Below, piece after piece: positions 47,384 to 56,884 of a stretch of DNA of 64,000 bases. The position numbers and the translations under genes are program-made. The stretch covers positions 20,263 to 84,262 of the forward strand of contig JBBSPM010000014.1 of assembly GCA_038258815.1 (NCBI GenBank), in the 5' to 3' direction. The notes beneath the pieces were generated by a model that was given only the letters and a program-made list of their open reading frames with translations, did no database searches and was not told the origin of the DNA. Each line of letters begins with the position of its first letter. Position 1 is the first letter of the stretch. The stretch comes from Chthoniobacterales bacterium. Lineage in GTDB: Bacteria > Verrucomicrobiota > Verrucomicrobiia > Chthoniobacterales > UBA10450.

Positions 47384-47420
47384 GGGGCGATCTGGGAACA
47401 GATCGCCCCGTTTGCGTTTC
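47384..47420 (+). terminator. Rho-independent terminator
   Basis: GGGGCGATCTG-ggaa-CAGATCGCCCCGTTTGCGTTT. Confidence 0.65.
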
Positions 47421-47463
47421 GGGCAGAAGCGTTGCGCGCCAAAGGCTGGCGCTGGACGATCGG

Positions 47464-48792
47464 TTAGGCGGCTATGGCCTCGGAGGAATCTTCTTTCGGC
47501 ATGAGGAAGGCCAACGCGGCGACCACCGGTGGGAGCATGATAATGCCGCGCAGCCAAAGCTCCGAGTGCCACGGGAGAAGGAAGAGGCGCTCGTTCCAGA
47601 AGAGGAAATAAGCGAAAATCGTGACGGAGAGAACCTGCCAGGGTTGCGCGCGGCGCCAGGCGGCGAAGGGAAGAATCCAGGTGAGATACCATGGATGCAG
47701 CACCGGCGAGAGGATGATCGCTGTGGCCAGCACCCAAAGCATTCCGCGTTTCCAATTGCGAAAGAACAGAAGCGAGACGGCGCCGACGGAGATGAGGATG
47801 ACGACGTTGTAGTGGTAATTTTTCTGGCGCGGATTGGGCCAGACGGTTTCTTCGATGATCCACCAGAAGAGATCGTTCAGGCGGGTGACGGAAGCGAAGC
47901 TGCGGAGCGAATCCCAGATGGGAATCTGCGGCCAGCCGTAGATGAGGCTGAGGGCGCCGGGAATGGCGAGGGCCAGAGCGAGCGCGAAGGCGCGCCGGCG
48001 CAGGGCGAAGGCGCAGAGGGGCAGGAGGAGGATGGGGATGAGCTTGATCGAGATGGCAATGCCGAAGAGCGCGGAGGCGGCGAGGGCAAGGAGCCATTTC
48101 GTGCGCGAGGCGGTGGCGGCTTCGAAGCGCGTGAGCAGCACGACGCCGCCGACCATGGGCAGGACCATGAGGCTGTCGAAGTGCGCGGAACCGGCGAAGC
48201 AGTAAACGACGAGCGGATTCCACGCGTACCAGGCAGCGTTGGCGTAACGAGAAGCTGCGGGCAAAAGAAGCAGGAGAAGGCCGGCGGTGGCGAGGTCGGC
48301 GGCGGCGAAGAGAAGTTTGTAGAGAAGAGGGCTTTCCGAGATCGGGCTGAGCGCGGCGAAGATCAGTTCGGCGCCGGGCGGATAGATCGCCTGCGAGTTG
48401 CGGTGATTGATCTTGTACCAATTCGGGAACTGATCGCGCACGCCGGCGAGCGCTTCGTCATCCGGCGCTTGCACGTAGGGATTGAAACCGGCGTGCTGGA
48501 TTTTTCCTTCCCATTGATAGCGCCAGAAGTCGTCGCCGGGTTCGATCGGAAGCGCGATGAGCCGTAATGTGACCGCGATGCCCCAAAAGAGAACCGCTTG
48601 TTTGCGGCGCGAAATCCATGCGGGAAAATTTGAGACCGCGAGGAGGAACGCGAACCCACAGAGCAGAGCACAGCCGACAAAGCGGACGGGCATTTCCGCC
48701 AATGTCCAATCGTCGTAAAGATTGAGCGCGGCGCAGAGCGCCAGCTCCAGCGCTAGATAAACGAAGAAGCGGACGAGCTGCACAATGCGCAT
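47464..48792 (-). CDS. polytopic membrane glycosyltransferase-like protein (GT87/DUF2029-like)
   Basis: About 12 TM helices, with an early DDFWRYQWEGK loop typical of polyprenyl-phosphate-sugar dependent transferases. ATG 48792 is preferred. Confidence 0.65.
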   Translation of the reverse strand: MRIVQLVRFFVYLALELALCAALNLYDDWTLAEMPVRFVGCALLCGFAFLLAVSNFPAWISRRKQAVLFWGIAVTLRLIALPIEPGDDFWRYQWEGKIQHAGFNPYVQAPDDEALAGVRDQFPNWYKINHRNSQAIYPPGAELIFAALSPISESPLLYKLLFAAADLATAGLLLLLLPAASRYANAAWYAWNPLVVYCFAGSAHFDSLMVLPMVGGVVLLTRFEAATASRTKWLLALAASALFGIAISIKLIPILLLPLCAFALRRRAFALALALAIPGALSLIYGWPQIPIWDSLRSFASVTRLNDLFWWIIEETVWPNPRQKNYHYNVVILISVGAVSLLFFRNWKRGMLWVLATAIILSPVLHPWYLTWILPFAAWRRAQPWQVLSVTIFAYFLFWNERLFLLPWHSELWLRGIIMLPPVVAALAFLMPKEDSSEAIAA

Positions 48793-48806
48793 GGACGATG
48801 CAGCGC

Positions 48807-51446
48807 CTATCCGACTTCCGGGGCGACTTCGCTGACAGCAGGCGCGACCGGCGTGGCACCGGCGCGTCCGATCCATTGCAGGCCAGCGCGATATGCCGCG
48901 AGATCGACGAGCTCCGCGACGCGTCGCTTCAAGAGGCGGGCGCGGAAGGCAAGAAAGCCCAGAAAGACGACGTAGGCGGTCATAATAGCAAGGTCAGCCC
49001 GGCCAGTGTTGAGCACATGATATGTGAGCAGGGTCAGCATCACGAGATTGATAATCACGGTCGTGGTGACGAAGCGATGGCGCAGCGCCACGCGGGTAAG
49101 GCATTTCGGGCCGCCGTGGTATTCGGTGACGGTCTGCAACGCGATGCTCCACCAGAAGTTCCCGTAAATCTGGATGTCCCACTCGTTCCAACCGGTGTCG
49201 GTGGAATAACGCCAACCCTCCTCATCCAAGAGCCCGAGGATGGAGGTGAGAAGTTGATGACGCTCCTTGCCTTCCTCGCTCCAGTAACTGCGGCGCGTAA
49301 GAGTGCCGCGAAGATCGGCGGTGGGAGGGAGGAGTTCGTGAGTGGAGATGACGGAACGCGGGGTGCGCTTGAACTGCAGCCAGGTGAAATAGCGGGACCA
49401 ACCGCGCACGAGCGGTTGCGAAAAGGCCAGCGCCATCACCAGTAAACGCGCCGGGATAGTATCGAACTTCGGCTCGATCCGCGCCCGTAACATGTAGGAA
49501 AGCGCGACGCAGAGCGTGCCGCCAAACATGAGATACGGCACGATGCGCACTTCCGGCACGAAGATGCCGATCCCGGACAGGAAGACGGTGAGCGCGAACC
49601 ATTCCACGCTGCTTAGGTAGTTGGCGATTTCGGATTGCGGGGTGGGGTAGATGGACTGGAAGAAGCCTTCTCCGAAGACGCCGTGGTAGACGATGGGCCG
49701 ATTGATAAACCAACTGAAACGCGGCGTGCCGTAAATCTGGCCCCGCCATTTCGCGCTTCCGGTAGGACCGAAAAAGATCAAGTGTTTGAAGCGCAGGAGC
49801 GATTCCGCTTCGCCATACCCTTCCTGCTGTTTGCGAAAGGCGGTGAGGGTGAAACGTCGGTAATGCCAGACGATGGCAGTGGGGCTAAAGGCGATTTGGT
49901 GGCCGGCCTGCTGGATGCGCCAACAGAAGTCCACGTCGTCTCCGGCTTTGTGATATTCGACATCGAAACCGCCTACGTTTTCGAAGGCCCAGCGATACCA
50001 GGCCATGTTACATCCGGGGATGTGTTCCGCGATGGTGTCGGTGAGAAGAACGTGGCTCGGGCCGCCTGGCGCGGCTGCGACGCAGGCTTGGACCCAATTC
50101 TGCGCCGGGGGCGAAATGTTTGGCCCGCCCACTCCGGCGTAGTCGCCGCTGCGCAGTGTGCCGATGAGGTAACGCAGCCAATCTTTGTCCGCCATGCAGT
50201 CGGAATCGGTGTAGGCAAACACTTCGCCGCGCGCGGCTGCGGCCCCGGTGTTGCGCGCGTAACTGAGGCCGTGATTGGTTTGGTGCAGGTAGCGAATTTG
50301 CGGAAAGCGCGCCGCGATCTCCGCGGTGTTATCGGTGGAGCCGTCGTCCACCAGGATGACTTCGTAGGCGGGATACTCGATCCGCCCTAACGAGTCGAGA
50401 CACGCTTCGAGGGTCTTGGCGCCATTGTAGGAACAGACGATGACGGAGACGAATGGTGGATCGACCAAGGCGGGGTGGGGGAACTCCGAGTTGTTCTGTC
50501 CGAGCTTGTCGTGCAGGTGGTGGAAGACCTTCTTTGGTTCACGGTCGCGAGTGACGAGGCCGAAAGCCCAATCGGTGATTTCCTGCCCACCGGTGAACCA
50601 TTCATCCGTCCACGCGAAAAATATCGTCCCGGCCAGACCGCAGCGCGCCACGCTTTCCACGTGCCAGCCGAGCATTTCCGCCTGCTCGTCTTCGGAGTGG
50701 CGGATGGTGTCCATGCCGAATTCGCCGAGGATCAGGGGGCGATCTTCGGCGAGGTTTTGCAGCCGCAAGAGGTAGCGCTCAAACTCATCCTGGTGGTGCA
50801 GGTAAACATTGAAGCAGAGGAAATCGACGTTCTGCGGGAGGAGGAATTCTGTCGGCGGAAAACTCGCGTAGGAGAAAAGGACGTTAGGGTTGGCCGCGCG
50901 CGCGACACGGATGAGATGCTCGAGAAACTCGGTGACACGCCGAACGCCCAGCCAGCGCACCATGGTGCTGGAGATTTCGTTGCCGACGAGATAACCGAAG
51001 ATGGCGGGATGGCCAGCGTGCTCGGCGACGGCGCTGCGGACTGATTCCACGATCTCATTGCGCGCTTTTTTTTCGCGCAAAAATTCGACGTGTTTGGCCC
51101 ACGGTAAAGTGATGAGAACTCGCATCCCGCCAGCGGCGCAGCGATCGAGAAACCACAACGGTGGAGAATGATAAATGCGCAGGACGTTGATGCCGAGGAC
51201 GCGCATTTGAGCGAGATCGCGGTCGAGTTGTTCCGGTGGGCCGAGGTAATATCCGGCGGCGTCCGGCCGGAATGGTCCGTAGGTGACGCCCTTGACATAG
51301 AATTTCTCGGTACCTTCGAAGAAGAACTTGGCCACGGCGCTGACGCGCCCCAGCGACGGGGGACTCACAGCCGGTTTCCTAGTGCAAGCGCCGGATGGAC
51401 GCAAAGGTTTTGCATTTGCGGGGTTACGCCGATTTATCCCGCGCAC
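48807..51446 (-). CDS. fusion protein: clan GH-A-like glycoside hydrolase + GT2 glycosyltransferase + C-terminal multi-TM domain (start uncertain)
   Basis: N-terminus FYVKGVTYGP..GYLVGNE..LILGEFG (acid/base and nucleophile Glu pattern). The central part, VSVIVCSYNGAKTLEACLDS..VILVDDGSTDNT..YTDSDC..GCNMAW..GDDVDFCWR, is GT2. It then has 6+ TM helices. Confidence 0.85.
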   Translation of the reverse strand: MRGINRRNPANAKPLRPSGACTRKPAVSPPSLGRVSAVAKFFFEGTEKFYVKGVTYGPFRPDAAGYYLGPPEQLDRDLAQMRVLGINVLRIYHSPPLWFLDRCAAGGMRVLITLPWAKHVEFLREKKARNEIVESVRSAVAEHAGHPAIFGYLVGNEISSTMVRWLGVRRVTEFLEHLIRVARAANPNVLFSYASFPPTEFLLPQNVDFLCFNVYLHHQDEFERYLLRLQNLAEDRPLILGEFGMDTIRHSEDEQAEMLGWHVESVARCGLAGTIFFAWTDEWFTGGQEITDWAFGLVTRDREPKKVFHHLHDKLGQNNSEFPHPALVDPPFVSVIVCSYNGAKTLEACLDSLGRIEYPAYEVILVDDGSTDNTAEIAARFPQIRYLHQTNHGLSYARNTGAAAARGEVFAYTDSDCMADKDWLRYLIGTLRSGDYAGVGGPNISPPAQNWVQACVAAAPGGPSHVLLTDTIAEHIPGCNMAWYRWAFENVGGFDVEYHKAGDDVDFCWRIQQAGHQIAFSPTAIVWHYRRFTLTAFRKQQEGYGEAESLLRFKHLIFFGPTGSAKWRGQIYGTPRFSWFINRPIVYHGVFGEGFFQSIYPTPQSEIANYLSSVEWFALTVFLSGIGIFVPEVRIVPYLMFGGTLCVALSYMLRARIEPKFDTIPARLLVMALAFSQPLVRGWSRYFTWLQFKRTPRSVISTHELLPPTADLRGTLTRRSYWSEEGKERHQLLTSILGLLDEEGWRYSTDTGWNEWDIQIYGNFWWSIALQTVTEYHGGPKCLTRVALRHRFVTTTVIINLVMLTLLTYHVLNTGRADLAIMTAYVVFLGFLAFRARLLKRRVAELVDLAAYRAGLQWIGRAGATPVAPAVSEVAPEVG

Positions 51447-52723
51447 GCCACTGCGATCGCTGCCGAGACGACTTCTCCGGTGCGCGCGAGGTCGCTGGAG
51501 GTATGCGCTGTGGAGAGGAAGCCGGTCTCAAATTGGGAAGGAGCGAAGTAAATTCCGTGATCCAGACAGTAGCGAAAGAAACGCGCGAAGGCTGCGCGAT
51601 CACTGTGTTTTGCGGAGGCGAGGTCTGTTATTGGGCCAGCCGCGAAGAAGAGGCAAAACATGGAGCCGATGCGGTGAAATGTAAGTGGCTGGCTCGTTAG
51701 GCGCATCGTTTCTCGGGTCGCGTCTTCGAGTTGGGCTCCCAATTTTTCCAGCGCACTCCAGCCATCGATTCGCTCAAGTTCGCGCAACTGGGCAAGGCCG
51801 GCGGCCATGGCGAGGGGATTGCCGGAGAGCGTGCCGGCCTGATAGACCGGGCCGTCGGGCGAAAGGTGATCCATGATTTCGGCCCGCCCTCCGAATGCGC
51901 CCACCGGGAGCCCGCCGCCAATCACTTTCCCGAGCGCGGTGAGGTCCGGGCGGACTCCGTAAATTTCCTGAGCGCCGCCGCGTGCGACGCGGAAGCCAGT
52001 CATGACTTCGTCGAAGATGAGGAGGGCACCGTGGCGCGTGCATTCGTCGCGCAGTTGTTGCAGGAAATTCTCTTTTGGGAGGTAAAGACCGGCGTTGGCT
52101 GGGATGGGCTCCAGAATGATGGCAGCGATCGATTTCGCATTTTCGCGGAACGCAGCGCGAACGGCTTCGATGTCGTTAAACGGGAGTGAGATCGTAAGTT
52201 CAGCGAACGCTGCGGGAACGCCCGCGCTGTCTGGGCGGCCGTGCGTCAATGCACCGCTGCCGGCATTCACTAACAAAGAGTCGACATGGCCGTGATAGCA
52301 GCCTTCGAATTTGATGATTTTGTCGCGCCCAGTGAACCCACGCGCGAGGCGAACGCACGACATCGTGGCTTCGGTGCCGCTGTTTACCATGCGCACCTTC
52401 TCGATCGAGGGCACCCAGCGGCAGAGCAGTTCTGCCATGTCCACTTCCAAGGGATTTGGGATTCCGAAACTCACACCGCGGGCGGCGGCCGCTTGAACGG
52501 CGTCTACGACAACTCTCGGGGCGTGGCCCAAAATCGCCGGCCCCCAAGTGCCGACGTAATCAATGTATTCGTTGCCGTCGACGTCCCAGATTCTCGCGCC
52601 GGCCGCGCGCTCGACGAAGAATGGCTCGCGCTCGAGACCACGGAAGGCGCGGACCGGGGAATTTACGCCGCCCGGGATGGAGCGCTGGGCGGCGGCGAAG
52701 AACGCGGAAGAGCGGGTGGGCAT
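51434..52723 (-). CDS. hemL: glutamate-1-semialdehyde 2,1-aminomutase
   Basis: IPGGVNSPVRAF, FDEVMTGFR, LGKVIGGGLPVGAFGG. Confidence 0.96.
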   Translation of the reverse strand: MPTRSSAFFAAAQRSIPGGVNSPVRAFRGLEREPFFVERAAGARIWDVDGNEYIDYVGTWGPAILGHAPRVVVDAVQAAAARGVSFGIPNPLEVDMAELLCRWVPSIEKVRMVNSGTEATMSCVRLARGFTGRDKIIKFEGCYHGHVDSLLVNAGSGALTHGRPDSAGVPAAFAELTISLPFNDIEAVRAAFRENAKSIAAIILEPIPANAGLYLPKENFLQQLRDECTRHGALLIFDEVMTGFRVARGGAQEIYGVRPDLTALGKVIGGGLPVGAFGGRAEIMDHLSPDGPVYQAGTLSGNPLAMAAGLAQLRELERIDGWSALEKLGAQLEDATRETMRLTSQPLTFHRIGSMFCLFFAAGPITDLASAKHSDRAAFARFFRYCLDHGIYFAPSQFETGFLSTAHTSSDLARTGEVVSAAIAVACAG

Positions 52724-52845
52724 CGGAGTTCGGAAGCGTGCAATGTCCAACCCGCCTTCGCAAGGCTACGGCGGGCAGGCGTTTCAATAAAGAGTGGGTG
52801 CGTTGACAGTTTCTCGCGTCGCCCATACGCTCCGGTCGCGCAAAG

Positions 52846-52917
52846 GGCGGGGTAGCCAAGTGGTAAGGTCGGGGTCTGCAAAACCTCTATTCGCGGGTTC
52901 GATTCCCGCCCCCGCCT
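52846..52917 (+). tRNA. tRNA-Cys (GCA)
   Basis: Acceptor GGCGGGG/CCCCGCC, anticodon stem GGGGT/ACCTC with loop CTGCAAA, T-arm GCGGG-TTCGATT-CCCGC. No encoded CCA. Confidence 0.93.
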
Positions 52918-52946
52918 CGCACGCACCGCGCCGGTTTGGAAGACAT

Positions 52947-53552
52947 ATGAAGGCTCGAGCGAATCCTGCCTACGCAATTTTCCGGAAGCGCCTCGCCGCG
53001 CAAAGGGATCTTCTTCGCCCGTGGAAAGGTGCGGGCTATCGGGTGACGACACTCGATTATCCGCAGCCGGCGAGCATTCTGTCGGGCGAGGGGAGCTTCC
53101 GCTATGGGGGCCGCTGGAATGCGCCGGGCTCTTTTCGCGCGGTTTATGGGAGCACCGTCGATGCGGTGGCGGTGGCCGAGTCCCGCGCTAATGCGGAATA
53201 CGCGAGGATGCCTTATCCATTGCCGACGCCGCGTTTGCTGGTCACGATCGAATTTGATTTGAGGGACGTGCTCGATCTTTCGGAAGAGGGTGCGGCGGCT
53301 CGGCTTGGTCTGGATTGGGACGAGCTTGCGCGCGAAGACTGGCGGCAACGGCAGGCGACCGACTACGAGAGCGAAACACAAGCGATCGGTCGGGCTCTTT
53401 TTGATTCTGGCGCGAATGCTCTCCTGGCTCCATCAGCGCGGGTGCCGGACGGGATCAACATTGTTTACTTTCCGGAAAATCGCTGGAGAGAAGGGGAGGC
53501 GCGGGTTTGCGAACCCGAGGCGCTTGGGCGAATCCGTGGCCGTGGAGAATAA
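52947..53552 (+). CDS. RES-domain toxin
   Basis: GGRWNAPGSFRAVYGS..AVAE...LLAPSARVPDGINIVYF (R/E/S residues in the expected order). Confidence 0.88.
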   Translation: MKARANPAYAIFRKRLAAQRDLLRPWKGAGYRVTTLDYPQPASILSGEGSFRYGGRWNAPGSFRAVYGSTVDAVAVAESRANAEYARMPYPLPTPRLLVTIEFDLRDVLDLSEEGAAARLGLDWDELAREDWRQRQATDYESETQAIGRALFDSGANALLAPSARVPDGINIVYFPENRWREGEARVCEPEALGRIRGRGE

Positions 53553-53610
53553 TGCATATTTGCATGTAAAAGAGCTTGTAAATGTGCTTGGAGGGTGACA
53601 CCATGATGGT

Positions 53611-54024
53611 GTGAAAACGAAGAAACACAATACTCGCGAGCGTGCTACCCCTCGGGTTAAGGAAGCTACGGCTCTTTATGGGACGGCCTTTGAAACGTCT
53701 CCGGTCTTGGGCTTGCTCGAGATGGCAGAAAAATTCGGGCTCCGCCAGGAAACGCTGAGCCGCATGACAGGGTTTTCTCTGCGGGCGGTCGCAGGCTGGG
53801 CGAGCGGAAAGCAGCCATCAGCGCCCGTGCAACGCGCACTGACGGAGATGGATCGTTTACTCGACGCACTGGGCCGGCTCATGAAACCGAAGGAAGTCGG
53901 GCGTTGGTTGAAGGAGCCCAATCCGGCTTTTGATGGTTCCACTCCGGTGCAGGTGATCGAGCGCGGGCAGACGGATCGTATCTGGCGGATGCTCTATTTT
54001 GTGGAATCCGGCGAGCCCGGTTAG
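53611..54024 (+). CDS. Xre-type antitoxin with DUF2384-like toxin-binding domain (GTG start)
   Basis: HTH region FGLRQETLSRMTGFSLRAVAGWASGK plus WLKEPNPAFDGSTPVQVIERGQTDRIWRML. Confidence 0.8.
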   Translation: MKTKKHNTRERATPRVKEATALYGTAFETSPVLGLLEMAEKFGLRQETLSRMTGFSLRAVAGWASGKQPSAPVQRALTEMDRLLDALGRLMKPKEVGRWLKEPNPAFDGSTPVQVIERGQTDRIWRMLYFVESGEPG

Positions 54025-54084
54025 AGCGAAACCCGGAGCCGTTCGCACGGCCTCGTGGCTCGTCTCTTGCTCGGGTGGACTGAG

Positions 54085-54975
54085 ATGCGACGCGCCATTT
54101 TTGCCCTTTTCGTTCTGCACGGCCTCTGCTCATTGGCACTGGGGAAATTGTCACCCCTCACGGTCAAAGACGTTAGCCTGATGCTGCGCAGCGGCTATGC
54201 GGTGGCGGCGATCGAGAAAGACCTGGCGGCACGGCATTTCCTGGGACCGATCGATGCACTGGGTGAGAAACAGCTCACGCAAGCTGGAGCCACTGGCGCG
54301 CTCATCACCGATTTAAAGAGCACGCGATATGCCGTGCCGGCGGAAGAGGTTTTGGCCGCGCAGCAGGAGATGGAAGCGAGAGCACTTCGGAGTGCGGCCA
54401 TCGCGGAAGAAGCAAAAAAGACGGACAAAGCCTATCTGGAACAGGTGGCCCGCAGCCGCGCCGAAGCATCGGTGCCCGTCGTCAGTGGAAATATCGTCGC
54501 AAGCACGGTGAAAGGCGATTTGGTCACTTCTCAAAACGGAACTTTACACGCTTACGACGATCAGGCGCTGGAGCGCAAAAAGCTGATCTGTCTCTACTTC
54601 TCTGCGAAATGGTGTGGACCCTGTCGGAAATTTACCCCGGATTTGGTCGCCTACTACAATCGCGTCGTCGCGGTGCATCCAGAATTTGAAATTGTCTTCG
54701 TGAGCAATGATCGCTCCGCGCCTGCGATGGAGGCTTACATGCGGGAGATGCAGATGCCGTGGCCAGCGGTGAAGTTTGAGAAGATCGCCGCGCATGAAGA
54801 TTTGCAGCAATACGCTGGGAACGGGATTCCGTGCCTGGTCGTGATCGACGCGCGAGGGAAAGTCGTTTCTCACAGCTACGATGGGGAAAACTATCGCGGG
54901 CCGCAGGCCGTGCTCGGGGATCTGGACAAAATCTTCGCCAGCAATGCCCCAGCGGCCGTTGCCCAAACTCGTTAG
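54085..54975 (+). CDS. exported thioredoxin-like (TlpA/nucleoredoxin-like) protein
   Basis: Signal peptide; LYFSAKWCGPCRKFTP. Confidence 0.8.
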   Translation: MRRAIFALFVLHGLCSLALGKLSPLTVKDVSLMLRSGYAVAAIEKDLAARHFLGPIDALGEKQLTQAGATGALITDLKSTRYAVPAEEVLAAQQEMEARALRSAAIAEEAKKTDKAYLEQVARSRAEASVPVVSGNIVASTVKGDLVTSQNGTLHAYDDQALERKKLICLYFSAKWCGPCRKFTPDLVAYYNRVVAVHPEFEIVFVSNDRSAPAMEAYMREMQMPWPAVKFEKIAAHEDLQQYAGNGIPCLVVIDARGKVVSHSYDGENYRGPQAVLGDLDKIFASNAPAAVAQTR

Positions 54976-54981
54976 GCGGTT

Positions 54982-56868
54982 TTAGCCGCGCGCGGCAGCG
55001 CTGGCTAGTTTCTCCAGCTCGCCCCAGCGCGCATAGAGAGAGGCCACCTTCTTGCGCGCGGCTCCGAGTTCGGCCTCGACGGTCGTCCACTCCTCTTTTG
55101 GGCGTAGAAAAAGTTCGGGATCCGCGAATACGGTCTCCAGCCGTGACGCTTCCTGCTCCGCTGCCAGAATGTCGGCCTCGATTGTTTCCAGTTCGCGCGC
55201 CTCCTTGTATTTCAGTTTCCGCGGCTTCGGCGCTGCCGTGGTTGAAGTCTGACCGCCCTTCGCGGCCAACGTTTCCGGAGCCGGCGTGGCGCGCATTTCC
55301 AGATAGCGATCGTAATTCCCGACGTGATATCGCACCGAGCCATCCTCTTCGAAGGCGAGAATGGAAGTGCAGACGCGATTCAAAAAATAGCGGTCGTGAC
55401 TAACGACCAGAACGCAGCCGCCGAAGGCGACGAGCGCTTCCTCGAGCAGACGCAGAGTGCCCAAATCGAGGTCGTTGGTCGGCTCGTCGAGCATGAGAAC
55501 GTTGCCGCCGCGCTTGAGGATTTTCGCGAGCAGCACGCGGCTGCGCTCTCCGCCACTCAACTGCGCGATGCGGGTGTTGATGCGATCTTCGCTAAAGAGG
55601 AACCGCCGCAAATATCCACGCAGCGTGATCGTTTCTTCGCCAAGTTTTACGGCCTCGCTGCCGTCACTCACTTCGTCCCAAACCGTCTTCTCTTCGTCTA
55701 GCAGCATGCGGTTTTGATCGACGTAATTGATCTCGGTGCGTGCGCCGATTTCCACTTCGCCGTGCGCCGGTTCGAGCTGACCGAGCATCAGCTTGAGCAA
55801 AGAAGATTTCCCGAGGCCGTTGCGTCCGACAATGCCGAGACGTTCGCGGTGTTGCAGTTGCAAGCTGAGGTTGCGGAACAACGTCCGGCCGGCCATGTCC
55901 AGCGTTACGTCGCGCAGCTCTATCACGCGATTCGCGAGCTTCGGCGCGGGCGGGATAATGAGATCGACATCGAGCTCGGGTTCGGGCGCTTCCTGCGCTG
56001 CCAGCTCGAAGTAACGATCAATCCGATCGACCGATTTCGTGCGCCGCGCACGCGGCCCGCGTCGCACCCACTCCAACTCACGTTTCAGGAATTTTTGTCG
56101 CTTCTTTTCCTGCATTTCCTCGACCGACAGGCGTTGCGCGCGCGCGAGGAGATAGTCGGTGTAGGTGCCTTCGTAATTTGCGAACTGACCGCGCGAGAGT
56201 TCCACAATGCGAGTCGCGACGCGATCGAGAAAATAGCGATCGTGGGTGACGAAGAGGCAGGTGCCGTTGTAGCGTGCGAGAAAATCCTCCAACCACTCGA
56301 TTGAGCCGGTATCGAGATGGTTGGTCGGCTCGTCCAGAAGGAGAAAATCGGGGCGGGGGAGAAGTGCGCGGCAAAGCGCGACGCGCCTCTTTTCACCGCC
56401 AGAAAGCGTGCCGACGATGCGCTCTTCCTCCGGCGCGTGCAGATTGGTGATGAGCGACTTGATCCGATGCTCCAGGCTCCATCCGTCCGCGTGCTGGATC
56501 TGCTCGAGCAGCAAGCCGCTCTGCGCGCTCTCCGGCGGCGTATTTTCGTATTCATCGAGGAGATCGAGAATGCGCTGAGCGCCGCTCATGATGTTTTCGT
56601 GGACGGTGCGTTCGTCATCGAGGTCGAACACCTGCGGCATGTAGCCGCTCACCAAATCACGCCGCAACGCGACATCGCCCGAGTCCGGTTGCGTGGCGCC
56701 GGAGGCGATTTGCAGGAAAGTGGACTTTCCCGACCCGTTGCGACCCACGAGGCCGACGCGCTCGCCTTCCAGGATCGTGAGGGTGGCGCCGTCGAGCACG
56801 GTCTGCGTCCCATGACGGACGACGAGATTGTTAACACTGGCGACTGCGATTTTGACGGCCTCGGACAT
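54982..56868 (-). CDS. ABC-F family ATPase (Uup-like)
   Basis: Two Walker A motifs (GRNGSGKS, GRNGLGKS), two LSGGE signatures, C-terminal coiled coil. Confidence 0.93.
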   Translation of the reverse strand: MSEAVKIAVASVNNLVVRHGTQTVLDGATLTILEGERVGLVGRNGSGKSTFLQIASGATQPDSGDVALRRDLVSGYMPQVFDLDDERTVHENIMSGAQRILDLLDEYENTPPESAQSGLLLEQIQHADGWSLEHRIKSLITNLHAPEEERIVGTLSGGEKRRVALCRALLPRPDFLLLDEPTNHLDTGSIEWLEDFLARYNGTCLFVTHDRYFLDRVATRIVELSRGQFANYEGTYTDYLLARAQRLSVEEMQEKKRQKFLKRELEWVRRGPRARRTKSVDRIDRYFELAAQEAPEPELDVDLIIPPAPKLANRVIELRDVTLDMAGRTLFRNLSLQLQHRERLGIVGRNGLGKSSLLKLMLGQLEPAHGEVEIGARTEINYVDQNRMLLDEEKTVWDEVSDGSEAVKLGEETITLRGYLRRFLFSEDRINTRIAQLSGGERSRVLLAKILKRGGNVLMLDEPTNDLDLGTLRLLEEALVAFGGCVLVVSHDRYFLNRVCTSILAFEEDGSVRYHVGNYDRYLEMRATPAPETLAAKGGQTSTTAAPKPRKLKYKEARELETIEADILAAEQEASRLETVFADPELFLRPKEEWTTVEAELGAARKKVASLYARWGELEKLASAAARG

Positions 56869-56884
56869 AAAAGAGTCTTGTCTG

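Noticed and set aside
52918-54084. Integrated island or prophage at tRNA-Cys
   Set aside because: No integrase, no recognisable att duplication of the tRNA 3' end and no phage genes. Only the RES/Xre pair is present.
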